Shown here: positions 12,910 through 26,953 of the stretch, in pieces
Numbering within the stretch: the stretch's first letter is position 1
Layout of the letters: each line of letters begins with the position of its first letter
DNA from: Camelus dromedarius
Taxonomy: Eukaryota
DNA length: 64,000 bases
Direction of reading: 5' to 3'
NCBI RefSeq assembly: GCF_036321535.1
Contig: NC_087437.1
Span: 71,612,001-71,676,000 of the forward strand
Made by a program: the position numbers and the translations under genes
Notes under the pieces: generated by a model
Databases searched by the model: none
Told to the model about the DNA's origin: nothing
Seen by the model: the letters and a program-made list of their open reading frames with translations, nothing else

Positions 12910-14339
12910 TTAGACTTGTAGGATTTTTAAGTAATGAAGTCATTCTCCAAGACTCAGTACTTCTCCCTGACCAGCAGCTTACTGCTGACTTGTGCCCACC
13001 TGCCGAGCGCCTTTGTGATGAATGATGGCAGGCCTGCTGGGAGAGTCCACTGTGTGACTGTTGCATCAAAACAGCTGCCCCAGAGCAAAGTGGCCTTGCA
13101 GTTCTGAATCTTTTTTTTTTTTTTTTTTTTTACTAAAGGCTAGAAAGTCCTAGTAAATGAAGCATTTCATCCCACAATTTTTATAACTACTGCAGGGAAC
13201 TGAGCTGCTTTAATCACAGGTTATACTTTTTTTTTTTTTTAAAGAAAAGCATTAAAATAATTCCTGTAGTTATTGATGTGACTGTTTAAAACCTCCCTTG
13301 CCTGATTCAGCTTTGAAAAGCCATCTTCTATAAACTTACGCTTTAGTGAAGAAAGATATGGGTTTTATTTCTGGCACTAACCTCTATTATCTGGGTGACC
13401 TTGAACAAATCACTTAAATTCTCTGGGTCTCAGTTTCCTCACCTGTAGAATGGGAACAGTAACACCCAGGCTACCCACCTCCCTAGACTATGGGTGACCA
13501 TTGTTTTGTGACCTACTGGGCACCAGGCAGACCAGAAGGCAGAGCCGTCCCACCCAGGCTCCGGGCTGGGGCAGTGCTTTTCCAGTCCCACACACTCACC
13601 AATCGGTTACTGACTGTTTTCCATGTGTGGAGACACACTTATAAGCACAACTGCCCCTGGCAGTGGAGAAGGTTATGTGGTCCACCTGACGTAGGATATT
13701 AATTTTCTTTCACAGCTTGGCCTCTGGCTTTCCTGGACCAGCTCATTCATCTCATTGAAAAGAGCAGTTTATCCCTTGGGAGCTATTTATTCCCTATACT
13801 TTTAGATTCTTAGCATTTTGTATTCAGGGCACTTTCCTTTACAGACCCCATCTCACCAATTTCATTATGCCAACAATAATCTGGACAAAAATAAATTCAA
13901 AGAGGCTTTCCTCTTTTGGTTTATGATTTAAATTTTATTTTAAACATTTCAATTCCAATAAAAGCATGGGTGGTCACTGAAGAGAGGCATAATAGTTGGC
14001 AGGCCAGGAATATAGAACCCTACACGGTCTGGATTCTGCCAGCTACTTTAGAATGAACTTTGTTCATTCAGTAAACATTTGACTTTCCCTCCTGTGCCAG
14101 GCATTGTTCTGGGCCCAGGAGACATTACTAAGCAGTGTGGACATAGCCTCTGCCCTCACTGAGATCCCAGGTATGCACATAGAATACCAGTTCAATGGAC
14201 GAGTGCATTAACATTCGGGTTCCTGTGGAAGGGCATGACGGAGACTTTCAGGGGGAATATTTTCCCAAAGGATGAGTAGGAATTAACCAGAAAATGCAGG
14301 ACAGAGCAAGAGAAATGCCCAAACAAAGGGAGCAGTGTA

Positions 14340-14450
14340 GCAGACAGAAGGAAGGAGAGGGGAGGAGGGAAGAGGGGGGTAGAGAGAGTAGGGGAGAGGG
14401 GGGCGGGGAGAGAGAGAGAGAGACAGAGGGAGAGAAAGGCAAGAAGCAAG
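14340..14450. repeat. GA-rich purine tract with G-runs
   Basis: Directly visible. Confidence 0.8.
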
Positions 14451-17400
14451 TTTGAAGAATTAAGGGAAAATCAGTTTGGCTGAACCATGATGTGCGTGAA
14501 GGGCCATGACAGTACTGAAGAGTCTTAAAGTCATGTCAGGGAGATGGGGGATTTACTTTTAGGACAATAGAAAGCCTCTGGAAGGTTTTAAGTGCTACCA
14601 CCCCAATGCCATGGCCATTCCTGGACACCAGCGCTGCCTCTGTTGCTGCTGAGCAGCTGCTTCCCTGCATCACTGTCTCCCAAGGCAAAGTTTGGGGAAG
14701 GCAGATCTGATTGGCAGCATGGGAGCTGCGTGCCCAAGCCTGAGCTTGGTGGGAGTTGGGGGGGTGGCGAGAAAGCAGATGCCTGCTGTTCCACTTCTAT
14801 AGTGGAAGGAGTTCTGCCTCCAGTGCAGACTCATGAATGAGGAATTCCCCCCAGAACTACAGGAATAGGGCTCAATGTCGGGCAGTCTAAAACACGACCA
14901 AATTCTACTACACTTGGAAACCCTTTCACATCCAGTGCCAAGACTGTCCTACAGAACAAGGGTTCACAAGAACACACTTTGGGAAATGCTGGCCTAGATG
15001 TTTTTTTTTTCACAAGAACTGGTGTCAAGTCGAGTGAAGACCCTAACAGACCCTAATCTCGCCGTTTAATTGCATAAAACTTATGGCCCGTACTACCCAA
15101 TTTAGCACTCAATTACATCATATCTTCATGTTTTTTTAAATATTTGCTAACTGTTCCATGTGTTTCTTTTGTCCCCTTTGAGGATTTTATCTGTGACTTA
15201 TTTGGAGTCAAGCATGTTTTTGACTCTTAGGACACACACTACACATCATTACTGTTTTTGTATGAGTGAGGTAGCCCAGCTAAGGTTGTAGCTTCCGACA
15301 AGTCCTGAAAAACACCCCAGGACATCAGGGAAGTGGCTGTTCTTAATTCTTCAGCATTCTTTCTACAGATTTTCTTTTCTCTCCATTTATTTTCTTCTTG
15401 TGGGGCCCCTGCTGACATCATAATTGGGTCTGCCCTCCCGATTTCCTCATCTGTTTGTGTTCTGGACCCTTCAGTTCTCTAATCTGTTATTCATTCTAAT
15501 GTCCAACCCACTGCTGAGGTCTTTATGTGGGCAGGATGATTTTTTTTTTTAAATCTGGGAGCTCCAGTTGCTTCATCTTTATAACTATAACCTGTTTCAT
15601 CTTAATGGTGTTCCCCTATCAGTATCTCTTCGAAGATACTTGCTTATTTTGAGATCTTATTCTTTCTGCTCATTAATTCTGCTAGATTTGGTAAAGGCTG
15701 ACGTTTCTCACGTGACTTCTTTCTGCAGATCTATTGTTATTTTCTCCTGTGAGTTCTGATTCTGTGGGGTATCAGCTACCTGAGGTAGTACTGAGAACCC
15801 CAAAGGGCAGGAGCTAAATGTGAGGAGAGTTCAGAGTAGAAGCAGGAACTGGGAGGCTGGAGAGCCCCTTTTACCTGCCCTCAGGGATCCAGTCTGCCCA
15901 CCCCTCTACCCCCTGCTGGTAATTTGACTTCTACTTCTCTGTCCCCACTGTTCCTGCTCCCATCATTATCTGCTGTCCTCTGCCCTGCGAAGAGGGCAGT
16001 GGGGAAGCAGGGATCACTCAGAGTCAGGTGGTCAAGGGCACAGTGGTTATTCTTCTCCACTCCAGCCTCCACAGACATTATCCCGTGAGCCCAGCCAGCC
16101 CTGGGCTGGTGCTGCCAGTTTCCTCCCTCACAAGGATGAGGAGGCAGGCCAGGCGGCAGTCCATGTGGGCCAACATGAGGAGGGCAGAACAGCACCAGGA
16201 GAAAGCTGTCCCCCAACCCACTCCTTACCCAGGGCCTCTCACGCCAGGAGCCGACCATCTTCTGTCTCTCGAGGGCTTCTCACACACTTTGCACTGGTTC
16301 CTCCCTCCCGCTGCCCTCCCTCTGGCATGAGGCTTCTCCGGGCTTGGCTCCTGGGAAAGAGCCGGGGCCTCTGCTAGTTCACCAACTCTCAGGTCCCCGA
16401 GTCTGCGCATCTCTGTGTGTGACTCCTTTTCCTTTTTTCTGTCATTTCCTCTCTATTTCCTGCTTATACTCCTTATCCTGTGAGGGGGTCGAACAGGAAG
16501 AAAGAATTATTTTATGGTTCAAGGCAGAACGCAAGGATCTACTCCCAGGATTTTATCCACTTGCCGAGTGATTGCTCTGCAGGCTCGTTTCTTCCAGCGT
16601 TATTCTGAGCCCTAATTAATTCATGCTCTAAAGATGGAAACGCACCACAAAACTGTTATGATTGTCAGAGTTAGGAGCTGATGCTTATCAGCTGCTTATT
16701 TCTGTAGTGGTGTTTATTGCCGGACCGGTGCCACTTACAATTTTAAATAAGCTTTGTCAGGATATAAATATTACCTAAAGGAAACTGCTTTCTAAACAAG
16801 ACAAAACCTATCAGCTGCAAACTTCTTCCTCTTCAAAATCTTCAAAGAAAATGTCCTGAGACAAGCAGCAGAGGCCTCAGGGAAGGCCACATTTAAGAGA
16901 CAAAACTATTCCTAATCATGGAGTAAACGCTGTGGCAGGGATGATATATACGATTTGAATTCTTCTCTGACACTCAGATGAGATGTTCTTCTTTAAACCG
17001 GCAAAGAAGCCTGCAGCAGCCCAGATTTCTTTCATATTCCTTGTCATATCTTGGTTCTGATTACTTATGTTTGGGTCCGTAGAGCTGCCTTCCCACAATG
17101 CCCGAGCTTGGGAACACCCCGTGAAGACTTTTGGTAGGGTTGATTTGGGGGCTACCCAGCATCCAAATGACCTGCATCCTTTAGAGGAACTTCCTCCCCT
17201 CCACCTCCCTGGATGAGTTTTGCGGGAGGCGAGGCTGCCTTTGGACGCCATAGGGGCAGATATGAGGCCCACACTCAGATAGCTGGATGCTCCCACTTGG
17301 TACTTTCAATGGTGATTAAATGATACAAAGATGAAGGGAGAGTTTAACATTCACTGGCAATGATGACACCAGTAGGGACCATGGCAGCATCCAAGGGTGA

Positions 17401-19359
17401 CCACATCCAATGACAGAGGAGGTGGTGGTACCTGGATGAGCATCCTGACCAAACCATTCCTGCTGCGTGACTATGGTTTCCTGCAGTGTAGTCTCTCTGA
17501 GTCCCCAGAGCATGAGCTTGGTCACTCAGGTTTGGGTGCTACCCAATAGCCTCCTAGTAAATTCTTTTTCTGTTTATGGTAGCCAGTTGATTTCTGTTGC
17601 TTGCAGTCAGTAACCTTGCCTGACCCCACATCCTCCTTCCTTCTCTACTTCACTCATACCCTACAACTAATTTGAGCCTTACTGTCTGCAGATCTCTCCA
17701 ATCCACGTCTGCACACTCAGACTTCACCCTGTTTGCCTCTCTCCTTAGCCTCCACTTTTTATCCCTTTATTACCCAGATGAACATTGTCTTTCTCCCAAA
17801 AACCTATAATTCCCCCCTTTCAGTGAAGATGAAGTGGGGAGAGAGCGGGGACAAATATAGGATCCCTTTTCTTGGAGAGGATAAAATAGAACCATGAGCA
17901 TTTACATGTTAATTTGGGGAGGAGCATAACGTACACTCTCAGTTAGATAAATTAAAATAGTTGTGAGTCACTTTGTCCACACAAGGGCAGTTGGGTCTGG
18001 ATGGACAGAAGTAGTCAGTTATTCCTGTTTGCTATGGCTTATCTTCATGGCTATTTGGTGGGGATCCAGAAATACCAGTTCTCAGGATTAATCAACTGCC
18101 CTAGAGTAACAGGTTAACTGCTTAGGTCTCCAAGCTGCCCTGTGTCTGGCACAAAGAAGGAACCCAGCATCAATGACAGTAAAGCCCAGAAAAGATGAAG
18201 ACTGGTCCACAGGGTGTCAGGGTAAGATCATGGTTGGTGGGTGGCTGTGGCTCTGGGAAACAATGAAGAAAACCTGTCACACTTGCAGTTTTACTTAGTG
18301 TCAGCATTGCTTGCCTGACTTACACAGGCAAATGGATGCATGGACAACTCATGGGGAAAAACAAAAGTGAGAATCATCTTTTCAATTTTCAGTATTGTAA
18401 GAGAGTCAGACATGAAGCCCTTAAATTGTATGATCAAATGACCTGACTGTGACAGTATAACTATGGTGTTTAAAAATTATTTTTATTGCCGTTGAAAAGC
18501 ATGACAGATATTCTCTTGTGGGAGGGAAAGTGGTTTAGTAGGAATATCCTGAGGAAATGTCCTCACGAACCTGATCTTTGTTCCTGGCTTTGTTTCAAAC
18601 TAGTTACAGGACTTGGACAAGCAATTAATTTTACCAACTCAGTTTTCTCTGTTAAGTGAGAAGAGATTGGGTGATTTAAGAGGTCCTTTTAGCTCTTAAG
18701 TTTAAAATACAATTATTCCTTTCTTATGGTTTTGAGGGATATTTTATGTTTCTTTTAGTGATTAAAAAGAAACAGAAAAAAAGTCTCAAATGCAAAACCA
18801 GTTACACACTTCTCTAGCTAAGCAGACTTGACAAAGAAAATCTTGTTGATCTGAATAAAGGAAATAATGGCACATGAAGCCAACAGAAATAAATACTGAC
18901 TGGCCAAATAATGTATGTTCTTCATCCTACACCATTGGTATTATTAATAGTCTATAGCAAAACCTTAAAAATTGGGAGACCAGATCTCCAGTGACTGAGA
19001 GTATTCATCATGGCTCTGAATCAGGAAGGAAGGAACCAAACATATGTCCTGAGATGCAGAAGAAGGAATATCTTTGCCAATAGCAAAGCCTCAAATGACC
19101 AGAGAAGAGGAAGACCTTTGATGAGCCCACAGTGTTCACAGAACATTTGAAAGACTAAAAGGATGGAAGATGCAGAGAGACACAAGATACACAGAAAAAA
19201 GGAGCAACAAGAGAACAGTAGAGATCAGGGGTGGTGGTAACAGAGGAGAAGGTTGGGAACAATGGTAAGAATAATGAGCCCCAAGTAAGGAGATGCTTCA
19301 AACTCTTTGGTCCAAGGTGGGCTATAAATGTATATACACATGCACAGTACTGTAATACT

Positions 19360-20820
19360 AAAAATATAGGGTGATCTTTTCAACAAATGATGCAGGAACA
19401 GTTGGACATCATATGCAAAAACAAAACACCAACAAACAAAAACTCTAGACAGAGACCTTATACCTTTCACAGAAATTAATCCCAAATGGATTATAAACTT
19501 AAATTTAAAATTCAAAACTGTAACACTTCCAGAAGATAACATAGGAGAAAATCTAAGTGATTTTAGATTTTATGACAACTTTTTAGATGCAACACCAAAG
19601 ATATGATCCACGGGGGGAAAATTGATCATTTAATTTTAATTCCTCAAATTAAAAAAAAATTAAGCGTCTGCTCTGTGAATTCTCTATTAAGAGAATGAAA
19701 AGGCAAGCCCACAGACAAGGAGAAACTATTTGCAAAACTTGTATCTGATAAAGGACTGGTACCCAAAATCTACAAAGAATAGTTAAAATTCAATAGTAAA
19801 GAAACAAAACAATTTAAAAGTGGGCGAAAGATCTGAAAAGACACCAAAGAAGATATACTGATGGCAAATAAGCATATGAAAAGATACTCAGTAGCATATG
19901 CCATTAGAAATTGCAAATTAAAACAATGAGGTATCACTATACATCTATAAAATGGCTAAAATCTAAAGCCCTGGCAACACCAGATGCAGGTGAGGATGTG
20001 GAACAATGGGAACTCTCATTCATTGCTGGTGGGAGTACAAAATGGTACACCACTTTGGAAGACAAGTTTGACAGTTTCTTAAAAACTAAACATACTCTTA
20101 CCATATGATCTAGGAATTAAGTTCTTTGGTGTTTACCCAAATGAGTTGAAAACTTATGTCCACACAAAAATCTGCACCCAAATGTTTCCTGTAGCTTTAT
20201 TCATAACCACCAAAAATTGGAAGCAACCATGATGTCTTTCATAGATGAATGGATAAACAAACTACGGCACATTTAAACAATAGAATATTATTCCTTAGCA
20301 TTAAAAGGAAATAAGCGATCAAGCCATGAAAAGACATGGAGGAAACTCAAAAGCGTATTTCTAAGTGAAAGAAGCAAGTCTGAAAAGGCCACATGCTGTA
20401 TGGTTTCAACTGTATGATGTTCTGGAAGAGGCATAACTATGAAGGCAGTTTAAAAAAATCATTGGTTGCTAGAGTTTGAGGGAAAGGAAGGAGGGATGAA
20501 AGGGTGGAGCACAGGGGATTTTTATGGGAGTGAAATTATTCTGTACAATCCACCATAATGATGGATTCATGACACTATGCATTTCTCAAACCCACAGAAC
20601 TGTACAACATCAGGAGTGGACCTAATGTAAACTGTGGACTTTAGTAATAATTTAGGCCAGTATAACATCAATATCAGTTCATGTAGCATCCTAATGCAAA
20701 ATATTAATAATAGGGGAAACTGTGTGACAGTGGGGAGAGGATATATGGGAACACTCTGAACTTTCTGCTTAATTTTTCTGTAAACCTATAACTGCTGTGA
20801 AAAATAAAGCCTAGTTAAAA
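19360..20820 (+). mobile_element. L1MC-type ORF2 3' end and 3' UTR
   Basis: Degenerate ORF2 C-terminal peptide (QIKTMRYHYT..GEDVEQWELSFIAGG) and terminal AATAAA/A-rich end. Confidence 0.8.
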
Positions 20821-21849
20821 ATATATACATGTGGGGGAGCAGTGAGGAAGCTAACAAAGTCAAAAATCTTTTGCATTCCAGGTTAGGCAGAGGGAGAAGA
20901 GAACTTTTATCTGTACACTTAAAGGCCCACAGTGTCAACTGTAAGTACCCTAAGTGGCCAGAGGATGCTTTTACTTAGAACAACATGTTACTTGATGATG
21001 TTAGAGAAACTTTAATTTTGCCACCGCTTTCAGAAATGAAGTATTTTATTCAAACACTTGCGTCTAACCAAAACATAGGTGATATTCACTTTTAATTAGC
21101 CAATACTTTCATAATTCCATATTGACACCCTCTGGCCATTCTTGGGATCAACTGTAGAAGGCTGGGTCCAAAATAAAGTTCCTTAAAGTCATGGGTTGAG
21201 AACTAGCCCCTAAAAAGCTTTTCAGTGGTCTAAACAGAGAGATTTCCCAGTTCTTGAGAGCTGTGACAAAGAAGATTCCTATATCTTTCTTATCAGGAAA
21301 GAAGGCTTATAATTCAGCTTCCTCTGGACACATTTTTCAGTATCAGACACCTTCAAACCAGCTTCATTCTTCTTGTTTAACCCATTGAAAACTCCCTTGT
21401 TCAATCTGGTAACAAAATTAACATCTGCGTAAAACTTCTTCCCAATAGTAAAATCAATGTCTTTGGCTATTACTGTCACTTCAAATAAACTGAGGAGATA
21501 GGGTAATAAGAATTTGAAGTAATTAATTACTAGAGCAATTTAATTTTAATTAATTTTATTACTAATAACATTTAATGTATCATTTACATTTGCTATGTAA
21601 CACTCAGCTTTGGTCTTCCTTCTCCAGGAATGGAGCACTACCTGTTAATATGTAAATCAACTTACATACACTCTTAGAAACTTATTATTCTATAGAAAAA
21701 CTGAAGGATCCTAGACTGAGGACTTAATGAAATACAGTGTTGTTCTTACTGCTGACTTTAGGTTTTAAGTATAACATGGTCCTTAGGTTTTGTTTTGGTT
21801 TGCGTGGCCAATTAATGTACTGGAAAAACCTCAAAGTTTCCAAGTTTCC

Positions 21850-21997
21850 TTTTTGTTTTTGTTTTTTTGGTTGGGGGGGTAATTAGGCTTACTTGTTAAT
21901 ATTTATTTTACTTTTTTAACTGAAGTACTGGGGATTGAACCCTTCAGGACCTCATGCAAACTAAGCATGCACTCTACAACTGAGCTATACTTGCCCC
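21850..21997 (-). mobile_element. Camelid tRNA-derived SINE (vic-1-like)
   Basis: Minus-strand GGGG..TATAGCTCAG..GTAGAG A-box and GGTTCAATCCCC B-box, TAATTACCCC and A-rich tail; homologous to three other copies in window. Confidence 0.8.
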
Positions 21998-23670
21998 CTC
22001 AGAGTTTTCCATTTTTTAAATAATCAAGAAAAGAAAAAAAAATCAACGTTTATCTTTTTTTTTTTAGCAAAATAGAAAACACTATGACTGTATTGTCTGG
22101 TGGCCCATGATATATTTGATACTTTTCTTAGCAAATAAGCAGGAAGGATGGTGAGGCCCCAGTTCAAATAGCTCATTAGATGTGCCTTTAAATCATTAAC
22201 GCTCCATCTTGGTGTGTTGACACGGAACTTGAGTTATCTCCAGCATTAAACAATGTGGGAAGAGCTGGCTAACGTCCTCTGGGGTGCTTCATGGCAACGT
22301 GTAATTATCAACAAGGTGTGGTTACTTCTATTTGCAAAAAAGAAAGAAGTGCTGGCACTTCTAGCAGCAAAGAGGTTTCACAGTATCACTAGTATCTCCA
22401 AGTCCCTTGGTTTTTTAGATTCAAGTCAACAGTGAGAAATGACTTAGGAGATACTTCAGGTAACACCAGCTCAGGAAAGGCAGAATGGCTGAAGATCGCA
22501 ACATATTGTATAAGAACCTAAAATACCCCCCAGAAGGAACCATCACAGCAGTAAAATCTACACGAAACAACTGAAATACCAAATCCAATACTACAGTAAG
22601 CCTATTGACATAGCACTTTCAGCAAGAAACAAAAAGGAATTGGAATCCAAGTTCAGCACATGTAGCAAAGTTGGAGGAAAAAAACAAAACAAAACAAAAC
22701 AAAACCACTTCCAGGCAGTGAAGAGCCTTATGGGAAACTTCTCAAAAAAAATACCAAAAAAAAAAAAAAAAAAAAGAGTAGTTTTTTGGAAACAGTAATT
22801 TAAAGTTTTCACTTATTATTTTTATTTTTATATGACAAAGAGAAATGATCTTTTTGGCAAGAAAAAAACTTCTTATCTATAGTTAAGAAAAAAATTACAG
22901 TTTCATACATGGTAGAAAAAAGTCAGAGCACTCACTGAATCTTAGTGCTTGAAAAAGGATCAAAAATGCAATCTTCTCTTCTCAGTGGGGAAAATAAAAC
23001 AGAGGGAGGGAAGAGAAGTTGCTGGAGGTATGCAGATAGTTAAAAGGATAAAAACAAACATCTCCTTGTGCCACACCCAGTGCTCTTCCCCAGTCCTGCT
23101 CGGCCCCTTGGTTGTTTATTATTCTTGCCTTGGGTAAAAGTAAAATTTTCCTTTTTTTTTTAACTTTTATTGTGAAATATTTAGAAAATACAGAAAAGAA
23201 CATTAAAATACTTCATAATCTCACCACCCAGAGAGTTTATCATATTCATGCAAAGTTTATCATATTTCAGAAACCAGTGATGAAAACCTACATTTAAAAA
23301 AAATCCCAAGAACTCTATAGTCCAGGATTTACTATGGATAAAATTATGGACCTGAAATAAGATACTCAGGGATTCTAGCCTCAGCTATCACTCATATAAC
23401 TTGTTTTACTATTCTGGCTTTCAATTTCTCATGAATAAAAAAAGAATTATATGACTATCCTTTTAACTGCAAATTCAAAACTGAGAATTACTGTACTTAT
23501 TAAGTGGTCTAAAGGCAGATCTGCTCGGGAGACCCAGATGATCTAGATAATAGGTCCCCATAGATGACTTAGAAGATAATCAATGATGTCATTTTCCCTT
23601 CTGATTCCTTAAAAGTCATTGAAATATTTTGCTAGTGATAGGAGGTATAATTCTGCACCCCCAATTACAA

Positions 23671-24479
23671 TGTGAAGTTTTATTCCCCCACACCACCAAG
23701 CAATTCTCAGACACTAGCTGAATGTTCTACAGGTCAGCCCAATTCTGACACTATCTACCTCAATAGCATCTGATCCCAAAGGTTAAGGGTTCTACAAGAT
23801 TGCCCTCCCTCACCTTCAGATGCCAGTTGGAAGTACAGGTTGTCACCTGTGCTTCTGATTGACCAACTATAGATCAGTCTCCAACAACCCACTCCTTTGG
23901 TTGGATTAATTTGTTAGAGCAGCTTAGAGAACTCAGAGAAACATTTTACTTAACTAGATAACCCATTTGTTACAATGGATACGACTGAGGAACAGCCAGA
24001 TATTAGAGATACATGAAGCAAGGTATGTATTGGGAGGGGTAGAGGACACAGAGCTTCCATGCTCTTGGAGACACCACTCTCCCTCAGTCTCCACGTGCTC
24101 ACCAACCCAGAAGCTCTCTGAACCTTGTCCTGCTGGGTTTTTATGGAGGCTTCATTACTTAAGCATAATTGAGTAAATCATTGGCCATTGACAAGTGATT
24201 CAACTTTCAGCCCCTCTCCCCTCCACCCCTTTCCAAAGGTTAAGGTGGTGGGTCTGAAAGTTCCAACCTTCCAATCACCTGCTTGGTTCCCCTGGCAACT
24301 AGAACCATACCCCTTAGAGGCTTTCCCAAAGTCACATCATTAACATACACTCAATGTTTGAATAACAAGATGCCTTTATCACTCTTAACTCAGGAAATTC
24401 CAAGTGTTTTAGGAATGCTGTGACAGAAATGGGGTGAAAGACCAAATGTATATTTCTTATTATAAATCACAACATCACA
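23671..24479 (-). mobile_element. MER21-like solo LTR
   Basis: TG...CA; reverse-complement similarity to 6098-7014. Confidence 0.7.
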
Positions 24480-24531
24480 GGAAAGAAGGAAAGAGGAGAA
24501 ATCTGCTTCCTAGGTTAGAGTGAAAGAGATT

Positions 24532-24621
24532 TTTTTTTTTAATGGAGGTGCTGGGGATTGAACCCAGGACCTCATACATGCTAAGTATATGCTCCATCAC
24601 TGAGCTATTTCCCTTCCCCCC
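24532..24621 (-). mobile_element. Short camelid tRNA-derived SINE
   Basis: A/B boxes, poly(A), 9-bp TSD AAAGAGATT on both sides. Confidence 0.85.
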
Positions 24622-24829
24622 AAAGAGATTCTTAATATGCCCATAATAGTAGAGTATGACTAATCTGAAGAGGAAAAAAAATCACATAATCCTTAGAATT
24701 ATAGGTTATAGGTTATTTATAACAAAACTTTAATGTAAATTAAAGCAATGAGTATTTGGATCAAAGAACAATCTATGAGTCCTAATATTGTACATCAACT
24801 ATACTTCAATTAAAAAATTTTTAAACAGG

Positions 24830-26800
24830 AAAAAGAATCTGAGCCCACACAGATATAAATAAAGAATAAATAAATACATAGGGAAGAAGAAAAGCTTTTT
24901 CTTACAGTAGAATGTCAACCGGTAAATATAGAAGGAATAAGAAATTAAGGAAAATCACAAGCTGGAAACCATCGTAGTAATATCTGATTCAGGCAAGAAT
25001 AATTAATAAATGCTAGAACTCATGGATGAAGCTTTGATGAGGCATAGGATATTTACAGAATCTCAAGGTATTGCTCCACAAACTACTTTTCAATCACAAA
25101 AGGAAAATAGTAACTTTACAGTGTGGAAAAACCTGGGAGAGACTCTTAACCAAACAATCAATGTTACCCTCACTAGTAATAGGAAAATCTACCATCAGGT
25201 GCCTCTGCTATGATGCACTAAGGATACATCACTCCTGTGGTATTCTGCCAAAAGCATACCCTGAATCTAATCCTGAGGAAATATCAGACAAATCCAAATT
25301 GAGGGGCAATCTATAAAGTAACTGGCTGTACTCTTCAAAAGTGTTGAGGTCCTGAAAGACAAAGAAAGAATGAAGAACTGTTTCTGATCAAAGAGATTAA
25401 AGATTCATGACAACCAAATGCAGTGTGTATTCTTGAATTGGATCCTGGATCAAAAAGGAAAAAAAAAAAATACTTTTTTGTTACTGTTCTAAAAGGCAAT
25501 ATTGGGAAATTGATGAAATTTGAATAAGGTCTGTAGATTAAATAGAAGCATTATTATAATATTAAAAAAATGGACACTTTAGCCTAATATATCAAAATTT
25601 AAAATTAACAAAAATTTTAAAAAATGACAAAAACCCCCAAATCTTTGAATACACCATGTTTTGTAGAATTTTCTTAATTTTCAAACAAAATTAAGAAGTA
25701 TCCCTAAAATTCAAAAGTAAAATGAAACAAATGACCCTAATAAGCTGATAACATAGCTGCACTGAAAGAAACTATGCTACATTACTTAAAAATACAGTAA
25801 TTTGACTCAACGTTCATAATGAAACATACCCTAAGGTAAAAGGAACTGTGAAAATAAAGCTTAAAGTGTTGCCAGTAATCTTACTGTTGGTGGTGATGTT
25901 GGTACTGTTATCTAAAACTGTTCTGTGCATATTGTGGGTGAAAAGCAAATGAGTAACTTAGTTGAGAACTAAGATTTCTGGCACAGGAGAAAGGAAATGA
26001 AATATAGATGTAAAATCAATTGAGGTTAAATAAAACACCTGCATTTCTGAATCTAAATTAGAAGTACTGGTATGAACTCCCATTATGTATTCCTTAGTTC
26101 TGTCCACTGAAAAGGCTTAGAAAAAAATTATAAGTCAGCTAGCAGTAATGGCCTCTAGTTCTCAAACTATGGTCTCTAAAAACTACTGCTCACTTAAAAT
26201 GAACCTGACCTTCCTGGAGAAATGGCTGATTCCAGTTCAGAGACAGGCACTGAGCCTGTTGAGCTTGGAATAACTTTTCATGCCAGAAAGCCCAGAAGAT
26301 GGCAGAGAGCACTTAGATTTTATCAAAGCAGGTTGGCTTTCACTGGCCAGACATGAACACTTGGAACTTGAATAAGGATAGTAACTACCATGGATTGAAA
26401 TATATCAAATATGTTTAAACTCATGAGCTCCTGACAACACTAAATAAAATCTCATTGATCACTGTTATAGGATGCTAGGAGACCAACTCATTATTTTGAA
26501 AATTGGTAAATAAAGGTGAAAAATGAAGATTTTATTCCATGTTTGTTACAAACAGTAGCTTAAGGCAACCAAATAGCTGATGACGAGAGGTTTCTCATTA
26601 TAGACGTATTCCAGTTTATAAATGAAAAAAATAAAGGACACAGTTAAATATTATTTTACGGTTCCTAATGAATTCATGAAACTAGGCAGTCATGATCAGT
26701 GATGTCTATCACCACAAAAAAGAAACAACCAGACATTATGTGCTTCCTGGTAGGAATATACACACCACCACCTCTGATGTAGTCTTGCCAAAGAAGAAAT
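24830..26800 (+). mobile_element. Old L1M (L1MC/ME) 3' UTR fragments
   Basis: Recalled motifs such as AATCTAATC.TGAGGAAA.ATCAGACAAA.CCAAATTGAGG; boundaries approximate. Confidence 0.55.
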
Positions 26801-26953
26801 AGGGTATATTTTTCCGTATCTGAAAGGTCTTTCCCCTTTCTCTCTGCCTACCCAAGTTCTGCTTATCTGTCGTGACCTTTTCATGCCTTGTTTCCTCCAA
26901 CAAAGATATCTGTGGGACATTATGACTTTTCTAAAGTCTTGCAGTACTTGAAG

